Shown here piece by piece: positions 19,303 to 29,095 of a stretch of DNA of 64,000 bases; position 1 is the stretch's first letter, and every line of letters starts with the position of its first letter. Where the stretch lies: the NCBI GenBank assembly GCA_038215155.1, contig JBBQRF010000003.1, forward strand, positions 65,904 through 129,903, in the 5' to 3' direction. The DNA comes from Minisyncoccia bacterium (lineage in GTDB: Bacteria > Patescibacteriota > Minisyncoccia > Phycocordibacterales > CAJBRS01). The notes under the pieces were generated by a model. The model did not search any database. It was not told where the DNA came from and worked only from the letters and a program-made list of their open reading frames with translations. A program made the position numbers and the translations under genes.

Positions 19303-20475
19303 TTAAAGGCTGTCTTGCTGCAAGGAGAGATTGCCGGTCGCCCGAAAATCTAAGACCGGTTTATGGTCATTGAGAGATTTAAAATAGCCAGCCATAGCAA
19401 TCATTACGGCATTATCTGTTGAGAGGGAGGGCTGTGGAGTTAGAAGTTTGGTCTCGCCTCCCTCCTTAATTAATTTTTGAAATTCTTGGCGCAGGTGACT
19501 ATTAGCTATTACACCCCCACCCACTATTAATGTTTTAATATTAAATTCTTCAATAGCTTTTTTGGTTTTATATATCAGCACTTCTGTAACTGCGTCCTCG
19601 AATTCTTGCGCTAACTCCTCCTTCCAGAAAGGCAAAAGTTTTTCTGCCTGCGACATTTCTCGAATTCGGTAAAGTACGGCTGTTTTCAAACCAGAAAAAG
19701 AAAAATCATAATCAGGAGAGTTTAGCATGGGACGCGGCAACTTTGTTATTTGATGATTGGATCTTTCTGAAGTTCTGGCTTTTTCCGCTAATTTAGATAT
19801 CTCAGGTCCGCCAGGATAGGGAAGTTCTAACATTCTGGCCACCTTATCAAAAGCTTCGCCGACAGCGTCGTCTCTCGTTCTGCCTAGAATTTCATATTGT
19901 TGCCAATCTCTCATCAGTACTAATTCTGTATGGCCTCCGCTAATTAAAAGGGCTAGTGCGGGAAAGGTAACGGGCTGACTCTGATCTAAGAGAACGGAAA
20001 GTATGTGGCCTTCCATATGATTAATAGGTAAAACAAGTAAATCCCACACTAAACCCAAAGCCCGAGCGAAGTTAACGCCAACCCAAAGTGCAGGCTCGAG
20101 CCCAGGACCAACTGTAACCGCAATAACGTCGATGTCGGGCTTTGGTATTGTAGGAATTACTTCTAAAAATTGTTGAAGTAATTCCGTCTCCCGTTCTAAA
20201 ATTTTTTTAATCTCTTCCTCATTTTCTATCTTTAAATCGCGTGGTTTTTCTAACTGGAACCCTTTTAATAAATCCTTCAGTAAGGGAACCAAATTTTTAG
20301 AATGCTCTCTTTTTGCCATCATTGGATAGACACCACCATATTTCTCATGGATCTTAGTTTGAGAATTAATAGCTTCAGAAATTACCTTAAAATGCGGATG
20401 GCTAAGCCCGCCATCTGCCTCCACAATTGCTAAAGCCGTCTCATCACAACTAGTTTCAATTCCAAGAATTTTCAT
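19303..20475 (-). CDS. tsaD: tRNA N6-adenosine threonylcarbamoyltransferase
   Basis: MKILGIETSCDETALAIV N-terminus (start moved from upstream Met), Kae1/TsaD core. Confidence 0.85.
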   Translation of the reverse strand: MKILGIETSCDETALAIVEADGGLSHPHFKVISEAINSQTKIHEKYGGVYPMMAKREHSKNLVPLLKDLLKGFQLEKPRDLKIENEEEIKKILERETELLQQFLEVIPTIPKPDIDVIAVTVGPGLEPALWVGVNFARALGLVWDLLVLPINHMEGHILSVLLDQSQPVTFPALALLISGGHTELVLMRDWQQYEILGRTRDDAVGEAFDKVARMLELPYPGGPEISKLAEKARTSERSNHQITKLPRPMLNSPDYDFSFSGLKTAVLYRIREMSQAEKLLPFWKEELAQEFEDAVTEVLIYKTKKAIEEFNIKTLIVGGGVIANSHLRQEFQKLIKEGGETKLLTPQPSLSTDNAVMIAMAGYFKSLNDHKPVLDFRATGNLSLQQDSL

Positions 20476-20623
20476 ATATAAAAATAGGATTCGGTCACAC
20501 ATAATTTTTTGCTAAAAATTTGTGCGACCCCGTCTCGCGCCGTCGCGCTCCGACCTTCGAATCCTCTATCACCGCCCAATGACAACCACTCGAAGTGCTC
20601 CCAGCACTTCTTGCGGATCATTG

Positions 20624-20696
20624 TGGGCGATAGAGGATTCGAACCTCTGACATCAACAACGTCAATGTTGCGCTCTACCAACTGAGCTAATCGCCC
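20624..20696 (-). tRNA. tRNA-Val (anticodon GAC)
   Basis: reverse complement GGGCGATTAGCTCAGTTGGTAGAGCGCAACATTGACGTTGTTGATGTCAGAGGTTCGAATCCTCTATCGCCCA. Confidence 0.85.
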
Positions 20697-20791
20697 TTTT
20701 AAACGCGGTAAGGGTAAACACTACCTAACAATCTTCTGACCGATCTTGGAGCATGGAAGCTACTTAGCCATAGAATTATTCTCACCCCCTA

Positions 20792-20833
20792 GACAACGTC
20801 AATGTTGCGCTCTACCAACTGAGCTAACCGCGC
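20792..20833 (-). pseudogene. tRNA-Val 5' fragment (acceptor through anticodon loop, 41 nt) duplicated about 100 nt upstream of the intact gene
   Basis: reverse complement GCGCGGTTAGCTCAGTTGGTAGAGCGCAACATTGACGTTGTC matches the intact tRNA-Val except the acceptor bases, then diverges; no T-arm follows. Confidence 0.6.
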
Positions 20834-21328
20834 TTAGAATCAATTTATCATTTTATATTTACCTAAACAAATTTCCCAAAAAAACCGCCTTTGTATAAAG
20901 CCTTGCTCCGTCTATTAGAGGGTGCCTAAGGTTATAACCTATTTAAATAAAACCTAAAAGTTAGATTGAATAGCTTGAAATATTCCTTTATTTTGCTCGA
21001 CAGTGTAATTATAAGCGTCGTTAAAATTGAATTTAAAAAAAGATAGATATACCCCTAGAATTATTAAAGCAACTAAGTAAAAAACTTTTGACTTCATAAA
21101 GTTATTATAGACCGGTTTGCAACAGATGAATATTGGCTGTGTGGGTAGGGATCTAACCCTAGAGAGTCTCTGGTGAATTCATGCCCACGATCACAGATAA
21201 TTTTCTCGCCGATGGTATCCGAAATCCTATGCGTCGCCAGCACAAACGTCTTTTGTTTAGCCATAACTCACAAAAGTCTAAGTGCTTCGACATCACGAAT
21301 ATATAGTCGCTTCGCTCGTTATATTCTG

Positions 21329-21400
21329 TGACCCTACCGGGAATCGAACCCGGATTACCAGCTTGAAAAGCTGATGTCCTAACCGTTAGACGATAGGGCC
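21329..21400 (-). tRNA. tRNA-Glu (anticodon TTC)
   Basis: reverse complement GGCCCTATCGTCTAACGGTTAGGACATCAGCTTTTCAAGCTGGTAATCCGGGTTCGATTCCCGGTAGGGTCA. Confidence 0.85.
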
Positions 21401-21477
21401 GTAAAATTGCTTTTAAAATATAGCATTTTTTGGACTTTTAACATAAATGGTACAAAAAATGTTAGGATTTCTGAATT

Positions 21478-21564
21478 GGAGGGGTGGCTGAGTGGTTGAA
21501 AGCACCGGTTTCGAAAACCGGCAGGGGAGAAATCTCCTCGTGGGTTCAAATCCCACCTCCTCCG
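21478..21564 (+). tRNA. tRNA-Ser (anticodon CGA), long variable arm
   Basis: GGAGGGGTGGCTGAGTGGTTGAAAGC..TTCGAAA..variable hairpin..GTGGGTTCAAATCCCACCTCCTCCG. Confidence 0.85.
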
Positions 21565-21785
21565 CTGGTTCGAATAATTCTATGGTAAGAAGCCCTAAAC
21601 TCCAATGTATGTGGCAGGATGTTTTGAAGAATTTTCCTCCCGCCTCCGCAAAAATAAGGAACGAAGTGACTATATTTTTGCAGCCCTTCGCCCGAGGGCT
21701 CAGGATCTTCGAGATGCCGCAAAGACAAATTTTTATATATTTACAATGGTGCAGAAAATTTATTTTACCCCAACCTTCGAATTAA

Positions 21786-22292
21786 ATGAAAAAATACACC
21801 AGTAAAACTTTCAATTATTCCCGAGATTATTCAAAAATAGATTTTCGGAAAAATCCGGAAATGTATCAGGTGGGCAGGGGAGAGCAGGGGGTACTTCTGG
21901 TGGAGCCGTACAAAAGTGAAATACTTCCATATTGGCGGTTTAGAACAGCGGAAATAGCGCGAGGATCGGCCGAACAAATTTTTGTCTTATTTAAAAATTA
22001 CAAAAAAGAAAAAGATTTTGTCGGAATGGATATGGCCCGAAAATTTCTTCAGATGGGCTACACGCGCTCAAGACGATATGCAAATCATAAAGATGGCCGT
22101 AAGTATTTAAAAAATCCACAAAGAGAAAATTCCAAAAAAGCGGAGAAATCAGCACGTCAAAAAATTCGTCCCCTAGAAAAAGATTTTTTAACCAGCGATA
22201 AAGCTGAAGCTGCTCGAATCTTTTACGCTTATTATCAAAAAGCTAAGACGGATAGCGTCTATCGCCGACTACGGGAATTAAAGAAAAACTAA
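21786..22292 (+). CDS. DUF4385-like hypothetical protein
   Basis: YSRDYSKIDFRKNPEMYQVGRGEQGVLLVEPYK motif recalled as DUF4385; family assignment from memory only. Confidence 0.45.
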   Translation: MKKYTSKTFNYSRDYSKIDFRKNPEMYQVGRGEQGVLLVEPYKSEILPYWRFRTAEIARGSAEQIFVLFKNYKKEKDFVGMDMARKFLQMGYTRSRRYANHKDGRKYLKNPQRENSKKAEKSARQKIRPLEKDFLTSDKAEAARIFYAYYQKAKTDSVYRRLRELKKN

Positions 22293-22307
22293 AATTTTAA
22301 TATACAT

Positions 22308-22334
22308 AAAAACCGCCTTAGTAAAAGCGGTTTT
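22308..22334. terminator. bidirectional terminator hairpin (aaaaaccgc..gcggtttt) between convergent genes
   Basis: inverted repeat with flanking A-run and T-run between DUF4385 (+) and trxB (-). Confidence 0.6.
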
Positions 22335-22392
22335 CAGCCCAAACCTCACCAGTTTCCTTATTATAATCTCAAGATTCGGAGTGTCAACACAA

Positions 22393-23316
22393 TTATTTTG
22401 TATGCAAATGGACGTAAATGTCTTCGAGGGCTTTGACGGCGTCGCCGGCGGCAATGTTGTTTTGGTGGTATAGGCCATCCGTGCAGTCGCCGGCGGCCCA
22501 GATGCCGGCGACAGATGTCTGCTGACTTTTTGAGTTTACCACGATTTGGCCGTAACCATTTTTATCTAAAAGATTGCCAATAAAATCGGTTGAAGGAATA
22601 AGACCAATCTCCACAAAGACTGCTACTACCGGAAGTTCTGTGGTCTCATTTGATTCTTTATTTTTATAAATAACTGATTTTACAAACTTCTCACCTTTCA
22701 CTTCCAATAACTCAGCATTTAGGACGGCATGAACTTTTGGATTAGAAAGGACTTTTTTTACCGTCACTGGATCGGCGCGGAATTCCTCACTTCGGTTTAG
22801 GATGGTCACACTTTTGCAATATGCTAAAAGTTGAGCAGCGGATTCAAAGGCGGCATTACCACCGCCAACTACTGCCACGTCTTGCCCGGCAAAAATGGGA
22901 CCATCACACGAAGCACAATAAGTGATGCCCTTGTTTTCAAATTGCTCAGCACCGGGAACGGTAATTTTGCGGCGAGTGCTGCCGACCGTGATTAGGATGG
23001 TCTTTGTTTCGAATTCTTCTCCAGAAGTTTTAATTAAAAATCCAGTAGCAGTTTTTTCAATGGATTTTACTAAAATTCCTTCTTTTAAATCGACAACGTC
23101 TTCGGCATAGGCAAGTAGGTGCTGACGAAAAGAAGTCGCTAGATTAATTCCACTAATAGAAATGGTACCAATCCAATTTTGAATGTCCTCGGAAACATTA
23201 CTTTGGCCACCCAATTCTTTAGCGATGAGGACCGTTTTGAGGCGTTTACGCGCCGCGTAAACGCCGGCGGCGACCCCGCCGGGGCCGCCGCCTATAATAG
23301 CTAAATCATAAATCAT
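22393..23316 (-). CDS. trxB: thioredoxin-disulfide reductase
   Basis: GGGPGG FAD motif, CASCDGP redox-active disulfide, GGGNAAFE NADPH motif. Confidence 0.85.
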   Translation of the reverse strand: MIYDLAIIGGGPGGVAAGVYAARKRLKTVLIAKELGGQSNVSEDIQNWIGTISISGINLATSFRQHLLAYAEDVVDLKEGILVKSIEKTATGFLIKTSGEEFETKTILITVGSTRRKITVPGAEQFENKGITYCASCDGPIFAGQDVAVVGGGNAAFESAAQLLAYCKSVTILNRSEEFRADPVTVKKVLSNPKVHAVLNAELLEVKGEKFVKSVIYKNKESNETTELPVVAVFVEIGLIPSTDFIGNLLDKNGYGQIVVNSKSQQTSVAGIWAAGDCTDGLYHQNNIAAGDAVKALEDIYVHLHTK

Positions 23317-23334
23317 AGATAGGAGTCTGAAAAA

Positions 23335-24495
23335 TTATTTTAATTTGGATCTTCGGAGAAAGGCGGGAACTGCACCCCAATCATCATCATCTCCCACTGT
23401 CTCAATTTTTTTCTCCTCGGTTTTGGTTATGGTGCTAGCACCGTTGTTCTGAGTTGTCCCATTACCCAAAGTATTGTAGATCTTTCCTTTTTCTGCTTTT
23501 AATTCAAATTCTGTTTGGAGAGCGGGTCGGCGTCCGGCACCATCCGGAAAACCAGAAGCAATGACAGTAACTTTAATCTCACCTTTCTTTAGTCGGTCAT
23601 CTTTAATAGTTCCGAAAATAACTTTAGCTGTTGGATCAATGGATTCAGTAATGACTTTGGCGGCATCTTGTATTTCATGAAGGGTAACATCATCACCACC
23701 AGCAATTGAGAAAAGAACCCCTTTGGCCCCATTAATAGAAGTATCAAGAAGGGGGGAACTGATAGCCATTCTAGCGGCCTCTACGGCTCGATTCTCTCCT
23801 GAAGCCATGCCGATGCCCATGAGGGCTGATCCAGCATTGGACATCACCGCTCGAATATCAGCAAAGTCAATATTGATGAATCCTGGAGTAGTAATGAGAT
23901 CGGAAATACCTTCTACGGCCTGCTTTAAAATCTCATCACACATGGCAAAAGCGTTTTTAGCCGTCGTTTCCTTGGAAACTGTGCTTAATAAACGATCGTT
24001 CGGAATGACCACTAAGGCATCTACTTCTTTGGAAAGTTCCGCAAGACCTTCTTCAGCAAGCTTTAGTCGCTGCTGACCTTCAAAGAAGAAAGGTTTTGTT
24101 ACTACGCCTACTGTCAAAGCTCCAAGTTCTTTTGCAGTCTTTGCTACTATCGGAGAAGCTCCGGTACAAGTTCCACCGCCCATTCCACCAGTGATGAATA
24201 CCATGTCGGCTCCCTTAAGAGCTTCTTGAATTTCTTCTTTAGTTTCTTCAATGGCACGTCTGCCCATTTCAGGATTCATTCCAGTACCTAAACCTTTAGT
24301 AAGATTTTTTCCAATATGAATTTTCTTTTTTGCTAAGGAGTGATGAAGATCCTGGGCGTCGGTGTTTACCGCAATAAAATCAACTCCTTTAACTTTCCTA
24401 CTAACCATATGGTTCAAGGCGTTCTTTCCTGAACCACCAACACCAACTACTTTAATCCGAGCAAATGTTTCAACTTCTGGTTTAATTTGGGGCAT
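23335..24495 (-). CDS. ftsZ: cell division GTPase FtsZ
   Basis: [13 protein letters not shown] and [10 protein letters not shown] tubulin signature. Confidence 0.9.
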   Translation of the reverse strand: MPQIKPEVETFARIKVVGVGGSGKNALNHMVSRKVKGVDFIAVNTDAQDLHHSLAKKKIHIGKNLTKGLGTGMNPEMGRRAIEETKEEIQEALKGADMVFITGGMGGGTCTGASPIVAKTAKELGALTVGVVTKPFFFEGQQRLKLAEEGLAELSKEVDALVVIPNDRLLSTVSKETTAKNAFAMCDEILKQAVEGISDLITTPGFINIDFADIRAVMSNAGSALMGIGMASGENRAVEAARMAISSPLLDTSINGAKGVLFSIAGGDDVTLHEIQDAAKVITESIDPTAKVIFGTIKDDRLKKGEIKVTVIASGFPDGAGRRPALQTEFELKAEKGKIYNTLGNGTTQNNGASTITKTEEKKIETVGDDDDWGAVPAFLRRSKLK

Positions 24496-24597
24496 ATTTA
24501 TGACAACTTAAAATGACGAGTTAAATAAGAATAACGATTTAAAGAATCCCTCTTTAATAGTCTCATCATACAAAAGAGCAGGGGAATATGCAAAGGC

Positions 24598-25782
24598 CTA
24601 AGGGAGAAGTTTTTTAATCCAGCGCCACAATTGGCTAGGAGTTTCCTTAATGCCAGTTAGGCCCAGATCGGAGATGATATTTTCATCGGAAGAGGTTAAG
24701 CCCAAAATACAAAGACCGTAAGCCACGGCCCACTCTGAACCTTTCAGAACGCCTTTAACATTCCCTTCAAATTTTAAGTCCGGCCGTTTTGATGGGAGCT
24801 TTAATGCGGCTCGAGCCATGTCTTCAATTGTTGCAACACCCGAACCACCACCAGTGATGATAATGCCGGCTGGTAAGAGTCCATTCCTACCAATTTTTCG
24901 TAGATGAGCTTCTATTAATTCAAAAATATCAGAAAGTCGAGCGATGACAATTTCGTCTAATTTTTTCTTTGACACTTTCTCTCCAGGATTACTTCCGAGC
25001 TTCACTCGCTCAGCTTCATCAAGAGGAATTTTTAATCCTAGAGCAATATCATTTGTAATATCATTGGAGCCAATCGGAAAGACCTCCAAGGAAATAGGAA
25101 TATCATTTTCAAATACAACAATAGAAACTGTTTCAGATCCAATATTGGTTAGGACGCAACCGGCAATTTTTTGAGTTTTATTTAATATGATTAAACTAGC
25201 AGCTAGTGGTGCAGCCATGACATCTTCTACTTCTACTCCGGCTTTTTCAACGGCGCTAATAATGTCATTTAAATGGTGGGAGAGAGAAGTGATGAAAAGT
25301 GTACGGACTTCAAGCTTGGACCCCTTCATTCCTTCGGGACGACCTAAAACAATTTTGCCGTCTACTTTATATTGAAGAGGAATGGTATGGAGAATAGTTC
25401 TGTTAATAGAAAGAGAGGAAGAAATCTCACTTTCGCTACTCTCTACCACTTTTCGCACGTCTGCTTCGCTAATTTCTAAATCAGCGCGAGTGGTAATAAT
25501 TGAGCCCAGAGAGATAAAGGCTGAGAGACCGATGCCACCAAAACCTAAATAGGCTTTATGGATCTTAATTCCTGACGCTTTTTCTGCCTGACGAATGGCA
25601 CTACTAATACTCCTAGCTGCATCCTCTACGTTGATGACATATCCATGTCTTAATCCTTTGGTTTCGGCTAGGCCCGTGCCAATCATTCGGGGACCGCTTT
25701 TGCCATCATTAAATGTCTCAGCCACCACCACCTTGATTTGGTAGCTGCCGATGTCTATTCCTACTGCAATGTGGCGAGCCAT
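24598..25782 (-). CDS. ftsA: cell division protein FtsA
   Basis: actin-like ATPase, IAVGIDIGSYQIKVVVAE N-terminus, immediately upstream of ftsZ. Confidence 0.85.
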   Translation of the reverse strand: MARHIAVGIDIGSYQIKVVVAETFNDGKSGPRMIGTGLAETKGLRHGYVINVEDAARSISSAIRQAEKASGIKIHKAYLGFGGIGLSAFISLGSIITTRADLEISEADVRKVVESSESEISSSLSINRTILHTIPLQYKVDGKIVLGRPEGMKGSKLEVRTLFITSLSHHLNDIISAVEKAGVEVEDVMAAPLAASLIILNKTQKIAGCVLTNIGSETVSIVVFENDIPISLEVFPIGSNDITNDIALGLKIPLDEAERVKLGSNPGEKVSKKKLDEIVIARLSDIFELIEAHLRKIGRNGLLPAGIIITGGGSGVATIEDMARAALKLPSKRPDLKFEGNVKGVLKGSEWAVAYGLCILGLTSSDENIISDLGLTGIKETPSQLWRWIKKLLP

Positions 25783-25800
25783 TTTAAATATAAAAAAAGA

Positions 25801-26166
25801 TTAATTTTTGATTTTGAATAAATTTTGAAATTTTTTTTCCTCACTATCCATTTTACTACCATGTTGCATGCCTTTCAAATGACATAAGCCATGTATAAAA
25901 ATGGCGGGTAGAGAAATATTCTTTAGGGCGGCTAGAGTGATGAAAATTTCTCCTTCATTTTTTCCGATAGAAAAGCTTAATATATTCGCCACTTTATTTT
26001 TTTGGCGATATTTTTCATTTAGTTTTTTAGAATGAGAGGGAGTAGTGAAAACAAGACTGAGAACGTACTTCTTGCCCAGGATTTTATTCTTAATAACTTG
26101 AAGCCGAGCGCCGGCTACTGCCGGCGCTCGGCTTGTCAAATTAGTAATACTAAAATTATCGTCCAC
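25801..26166 (-). CDS. ybeY: probable endoribonuclease YbeY (short)
   Basis: HGLCHLKGMQH fits the YbeY zinc-binding motif H-x3-H-x5-H. Confidence 0.5.
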   Translation of the reverse strand: MDDNFSITNLTSRAPAVAGARLQVIKNKILGKKYVLSLVFTTPSHSKKLNEKYRQKNKVANILSFSIGKNEGEIFITLAALKNISLPAIFIHGLCHLKGMQHGSKMDSEEKKFQNLFKIKN

Positions 26167-26407
26167 CGCTTGAATGAGTTTCGCGCGGTTTAAGTTTGCC
26201 GAGTTTAATCATTGTCTCGATTTCCTGTCTCTTACCTAAACTTTTTAAAGCCTTCTTCTTTCGTACATATGGGGAGGCAGTTCGCTGACTATAGCGAATA
26301 GAACGGACACGGTTTAAAATGCCAGCCTCTTGGACTCGCCGAGTAAATTTTCGGATCAAAGTAGCGTTATTTTCGTTGTTATTTCGGCTGACTTCTACGT
26401 TTATCAT
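26156..26407 (-). CDS. rpsU: 30S ribosomal protein S21
   Basis: MINVEVSRNNNENNATLIRKFTRRV..RKKKALKSLGKR matches S21 pattern. Confidence 0.7.
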   Translation of the reverse strand: MINVEVSRNNNENNATLIRKFTRRVQEAGILNRVRSIRYSQRTASPYVRKKKALKSLGKRQEIETMIKLGKLKPRETHSSGGR

Positions 26408-26428
26408 AAGGATTCCTAGAATAGCACA

Positions 26429-27652
26429 CTATTTCAACTTCTTCAAATACTTCACTAAATCACTAAGCATTACCGTGTTTTGAGAGCGATTATTCATATT
26501 TCTCACCACTGCGCTGCCTTCTAAAGCCTCCTTTTGTCCCATGATAATGACATAGGGAATGTTTAATTTCTCTGCGGTAGCAATTTGTGAAGCAAACTTA
26601 TCTTTACTGAGGGACTGACTAATGGGAATCTTTGCTTGCCTTAGCATTTCCATAATTTTTAAACTACGAAGTTTGGCATCAAAACCAAACTGAATGAAAT
26701 AGAATTTTGGTGCTACGTCCCGCTTGCGGCTACTTTTCTTTACGTGATCTGGGTGAATTAGTATAGCCACGCCCACTGACGGTATGTCTTTCTTATTCCA
26801 AACTTTTTTAGCTAGACCGTTATAACGCTCGCCAATAGCAAAAATACTAATCTCGCCATTTTTTTTATTTGTTCCGCGAATTTCAAAAATAGTGCCGCTG
26901 CAGAAACTTCGACTGCCAACTAATGAGTGTTCAATATTGTAGGGGAGGGATAATGACTCCAAATACTCTAAAACTTCTTTAAAATGGACTCGACTTGGCT
27001 CAGAGAGAAAACTCATCGCTTTAGGAGCATTTTCTTGAAGGGCCAAACATTCTTTTTCTTTACAATGAAGAATTTCAAATACATCTTTTTTAAAAGTGGC
27101 CCGACAATGAGCAGGTAATTCATTCCAATTTTTTCGATAGTAGTTAGCCAATTCCCGACTAAAGCGGCCAATCGATTCTTTGTCGCCAATGCTATTAATA
27201 GAGATACAGAGTTCTTCGGCAGGGTATTGTTCGGCCAAGATAATGTAAGCCGTCTCAATTATCATGGCGTCAGCAATACTTTTTGAATTACCTAAAATTT
27301 CTAGATTAAAAGTCTTCTCCCGTTTAATTTGTCGCATGTGAGTATTTCCAGCAATAGGACCTTCGTAATAGACTAGAGCGGGCATTCCCAAATGTGCCAA
27401 CTTTTTTTCCAATAAATTGCGCAAGATGGCAATTTTTTCTTCTAAGAATCCAGAAAATTTAAACTCGTCTTCTTTAAAAGGGTGAACTTCTTTTGAATGC
27501 CAATCATGAAATGCCCGAGCCTTAGTAAGGTCTTCTTTTTCTACGGACAGTTTTGGAACGGGACAAAAACCATAAAATTTTGCCGTCTCAGTGGCTTGCT
27601 CGTACTCACGGCTAGTCTTTTTCCCTATTTTAGCTTTTGTCTTTTCTTTCAT
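26429..27652 (-). CDS. hisS: histidine--tRNA ligase-like class II aaRS (divergent)
   Basis: motif-3-like IGERYNGL, C-terminal anticodon-binding-like domain; N-terminal half divergent. Confidence 0.5.
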   Translation of the reverse strand: MKEKTKAKIGKKTSREYEQATETAKFYGFCPVPKLSVEKEDLTKARAFHDWHSKEVHPFKEDEFKFSGFLEEKIAILRNLLEKKLAHLGMPALVYYEGPIAGNTHMRQIKREKTFNLEILGNSKSIADAMIIETAYIILAEQYPAEELCISINSIGDKESIGRFSRELANYYRKNWNELPAHCRATFKKDVFEILHCKEKECLALQENAPKAMSFLSEPSRVHFKEVLEYLESLSLPYNIEHSLVGSRSFCSGTIFEIRGTNKKNGEISIFAIGERYNGLAKKVWNKKDIPSVGVAILIHPDHVKKSSRKRDVAPKFYFIQFGFDAKLRSLKIMEMLRQAKIPISQSLSKDKFASQIATAEKLNIPYVIIMGQKEALEGSAVVRNMNNRSQNTVMLSDLVKYLKKLK

Positions 27653-28296
27653 TATTTCAATTGCTCTCTGGCTGCTCCAGGCATGAAGTTGATTCGGTCA
27701 GGGGGCAAGAGACGAAGAAAAGCGCGACCAACGATTTCGTTCCTACTAACTGGTCCCCAAGCGCGTGAATCAAAACTTACAGGGCGATTATCTCCCATGA
27801 CAAAATATTGATCGGGACCCAAATTAATAGTTTCATCTTTTTCACCTCCATACTTTAAATAGGATTCATTTAAAGTAAATCCATTAGGATGATCGGCATT
27901 TTTAATAGTAACTACCCCATTACTAATAGTCAGAGTGTCATTGGGTAAACCAATAATTCTTTTAATGTAATAAATGCCAGACTGCGGCTTGGTGCCAGAG
28001 TCAATGAAAGCGGCCCGGGGAGGATGAAAGATAACGACGTCGCCACGAGACGGATTGCCTAGGTAATAGGAGAGCTCGTCTACTATTAAATATTCACCAC
28101 CAGAAAAAGTCGGCTCCATAGATGTGCCGACCACAATGAATGGTTGGGCTACAAATAATCGCAAGGGAATGAGAATAACTAAAATAAAAAAGACGAATTT
28201 CACCAATTCTTTGAAAAAACCGCCTTTCTTAGGGGTATTTTCAATTTGAGCATCTTCCGGCATGGCACCATCATATAGGCAAAGCTGGCTTGACAC
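27652..28296 (-). CDS. lepB: signal peptidase I
   Basis: VGTSMEPTF Ser box, GDNRPVSFDSRAWG box E. Confidence 0.8.
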   Translation of the reverse strand: MSSQLCLYDGAMPEDAQIENTPKKGGFFKELVKFVFFILVILIPLRLFVAQPFIVVGTSMEPTFSGGEYLIVDELSYYLGNPSRGDVVIFHPPRAAFIDSGTKPQSGIYYIKRIIGLPNDTLTISNGVVTIKNADHPNGFTLNESYLKYGGEKDETINLGPDQYFVMGDNRPVSFDSRAWGPVSRNEIVGRAFLRLLPPDRINFMPGAAREQLK

Positions 28297-28360
28297 AAGA
28301 ATAGAATGCGTGTTATCGCTAAATGTTGTAGGTGGGGCAATCTAGCGGTAAGATTGTCAT

Positions 28361-28951
28361 ATGTTTTATGTTGTTGGCTTAGGCAATCCTGGAGAAGAAT
28401 ATGAAAATACTCGTCACAACGCTGGGCGTATGATGGTAGAAGATTTTGCTCGACGGAATAAGTTGGGAGAGTTTAAATTAAATAAAAAAATTCAGGCACT
28501 CTCGGCCGATGCGAAGCTAGGCCGCGAGGCAATCTCTTTAATTTTACCGGAGACCTTTATGAATAAATCTGGGCAATCATTGAAGCCATTAATTACCAGT
28601 AAAAAGAAAGCCGAGGCGCTTATCGTCATTAATGATGATTTGGATCTGCCTCTTGGACGTTTCAAAATTACTTACAATCGCGGCTCTGGCGGTCACAAAG
28701 GAGTGGAGTCAATCATCCGAGCTATCAGAACAGAAAGTTTTGTGCGAATCAAAGTCGGTATTTCACCGACGACCGCTTCGGGTAAAATTCGCAAACCCGA
28801 TTCCAAAAAGATTTTAGATTTTATTGTCGGACCTCTTAAAAAACCAGAATTAGAAACACTAAAAAAACTTTCTAAAAAAATCTCTGAGGCGATTGAAATG
28901 ATTGTGACTGAAGGCAGGGAGCGAGCGATGGGAGAGTTTAATAGTTTGTAA
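28361..28951 (+). CDS. pth: peptidyl-tRNA hydrolase
   Basis: MFYVVGLGNPGEEYENTRHNAGRMMV N-terminus. Confidence 0.9.
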   Translation: MFYVVGLGNPGEEYENTRHNAGRMMVEDFARRNKLGEFKLNKKIQALSADAKLGREAISLILPETFMNKSGQSLKPLITSKKKAEALIVINDDLDLPLGRFKITYNRGSGGHKGVESIIRAIRTESFVRIKVGISPTTASGKIRKPDSKKILDFIVGPLKKPELETLKKLSKKISEAIEMIVTEGRERAMGEFNSL

Positions 28952-28984
28952 ACTACCTAACGAAATTGGGGATTCGGAAATAGT

Positions 28985-29090
28985 TTTAAAATCCTCCCGC
29001 ACCTACGAACTTTTGGCGAGGGCGCTCCGGGCCGCTAGGCCAAGTCTTACCCTCGCCAAAAGTTGTAGGATGCGTCCGGATTTTAGCCTC
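28985..29090. repeat. REP-like long palindromic intergenic element, copy B
   Basis: stems cctacgaacttttggcgaggg / ccctcgccaaaagttgtagg around loop cgctccgggccgctaggccaagtcttac; outer arms aaaatcc..cgcacctac / gtaggatgcgtccggatttt. Confidence 0.7.
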
Positions 29091-29095
29091 TAAAT

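Noticed and set aside
20472-20681. 69-aa ORF upstream of tsaD
   Set aside because: Covers tRNA-Val and its inverted-repeat hairpin; the translated sequence is just tRNA complement.
21492-21805. Three overlapping ORFs (21492-21785, 21546-21728, 21605-21805)
   Set aside because: All overlap tRNA-Ser(CGA) or each other in different frames; no support.
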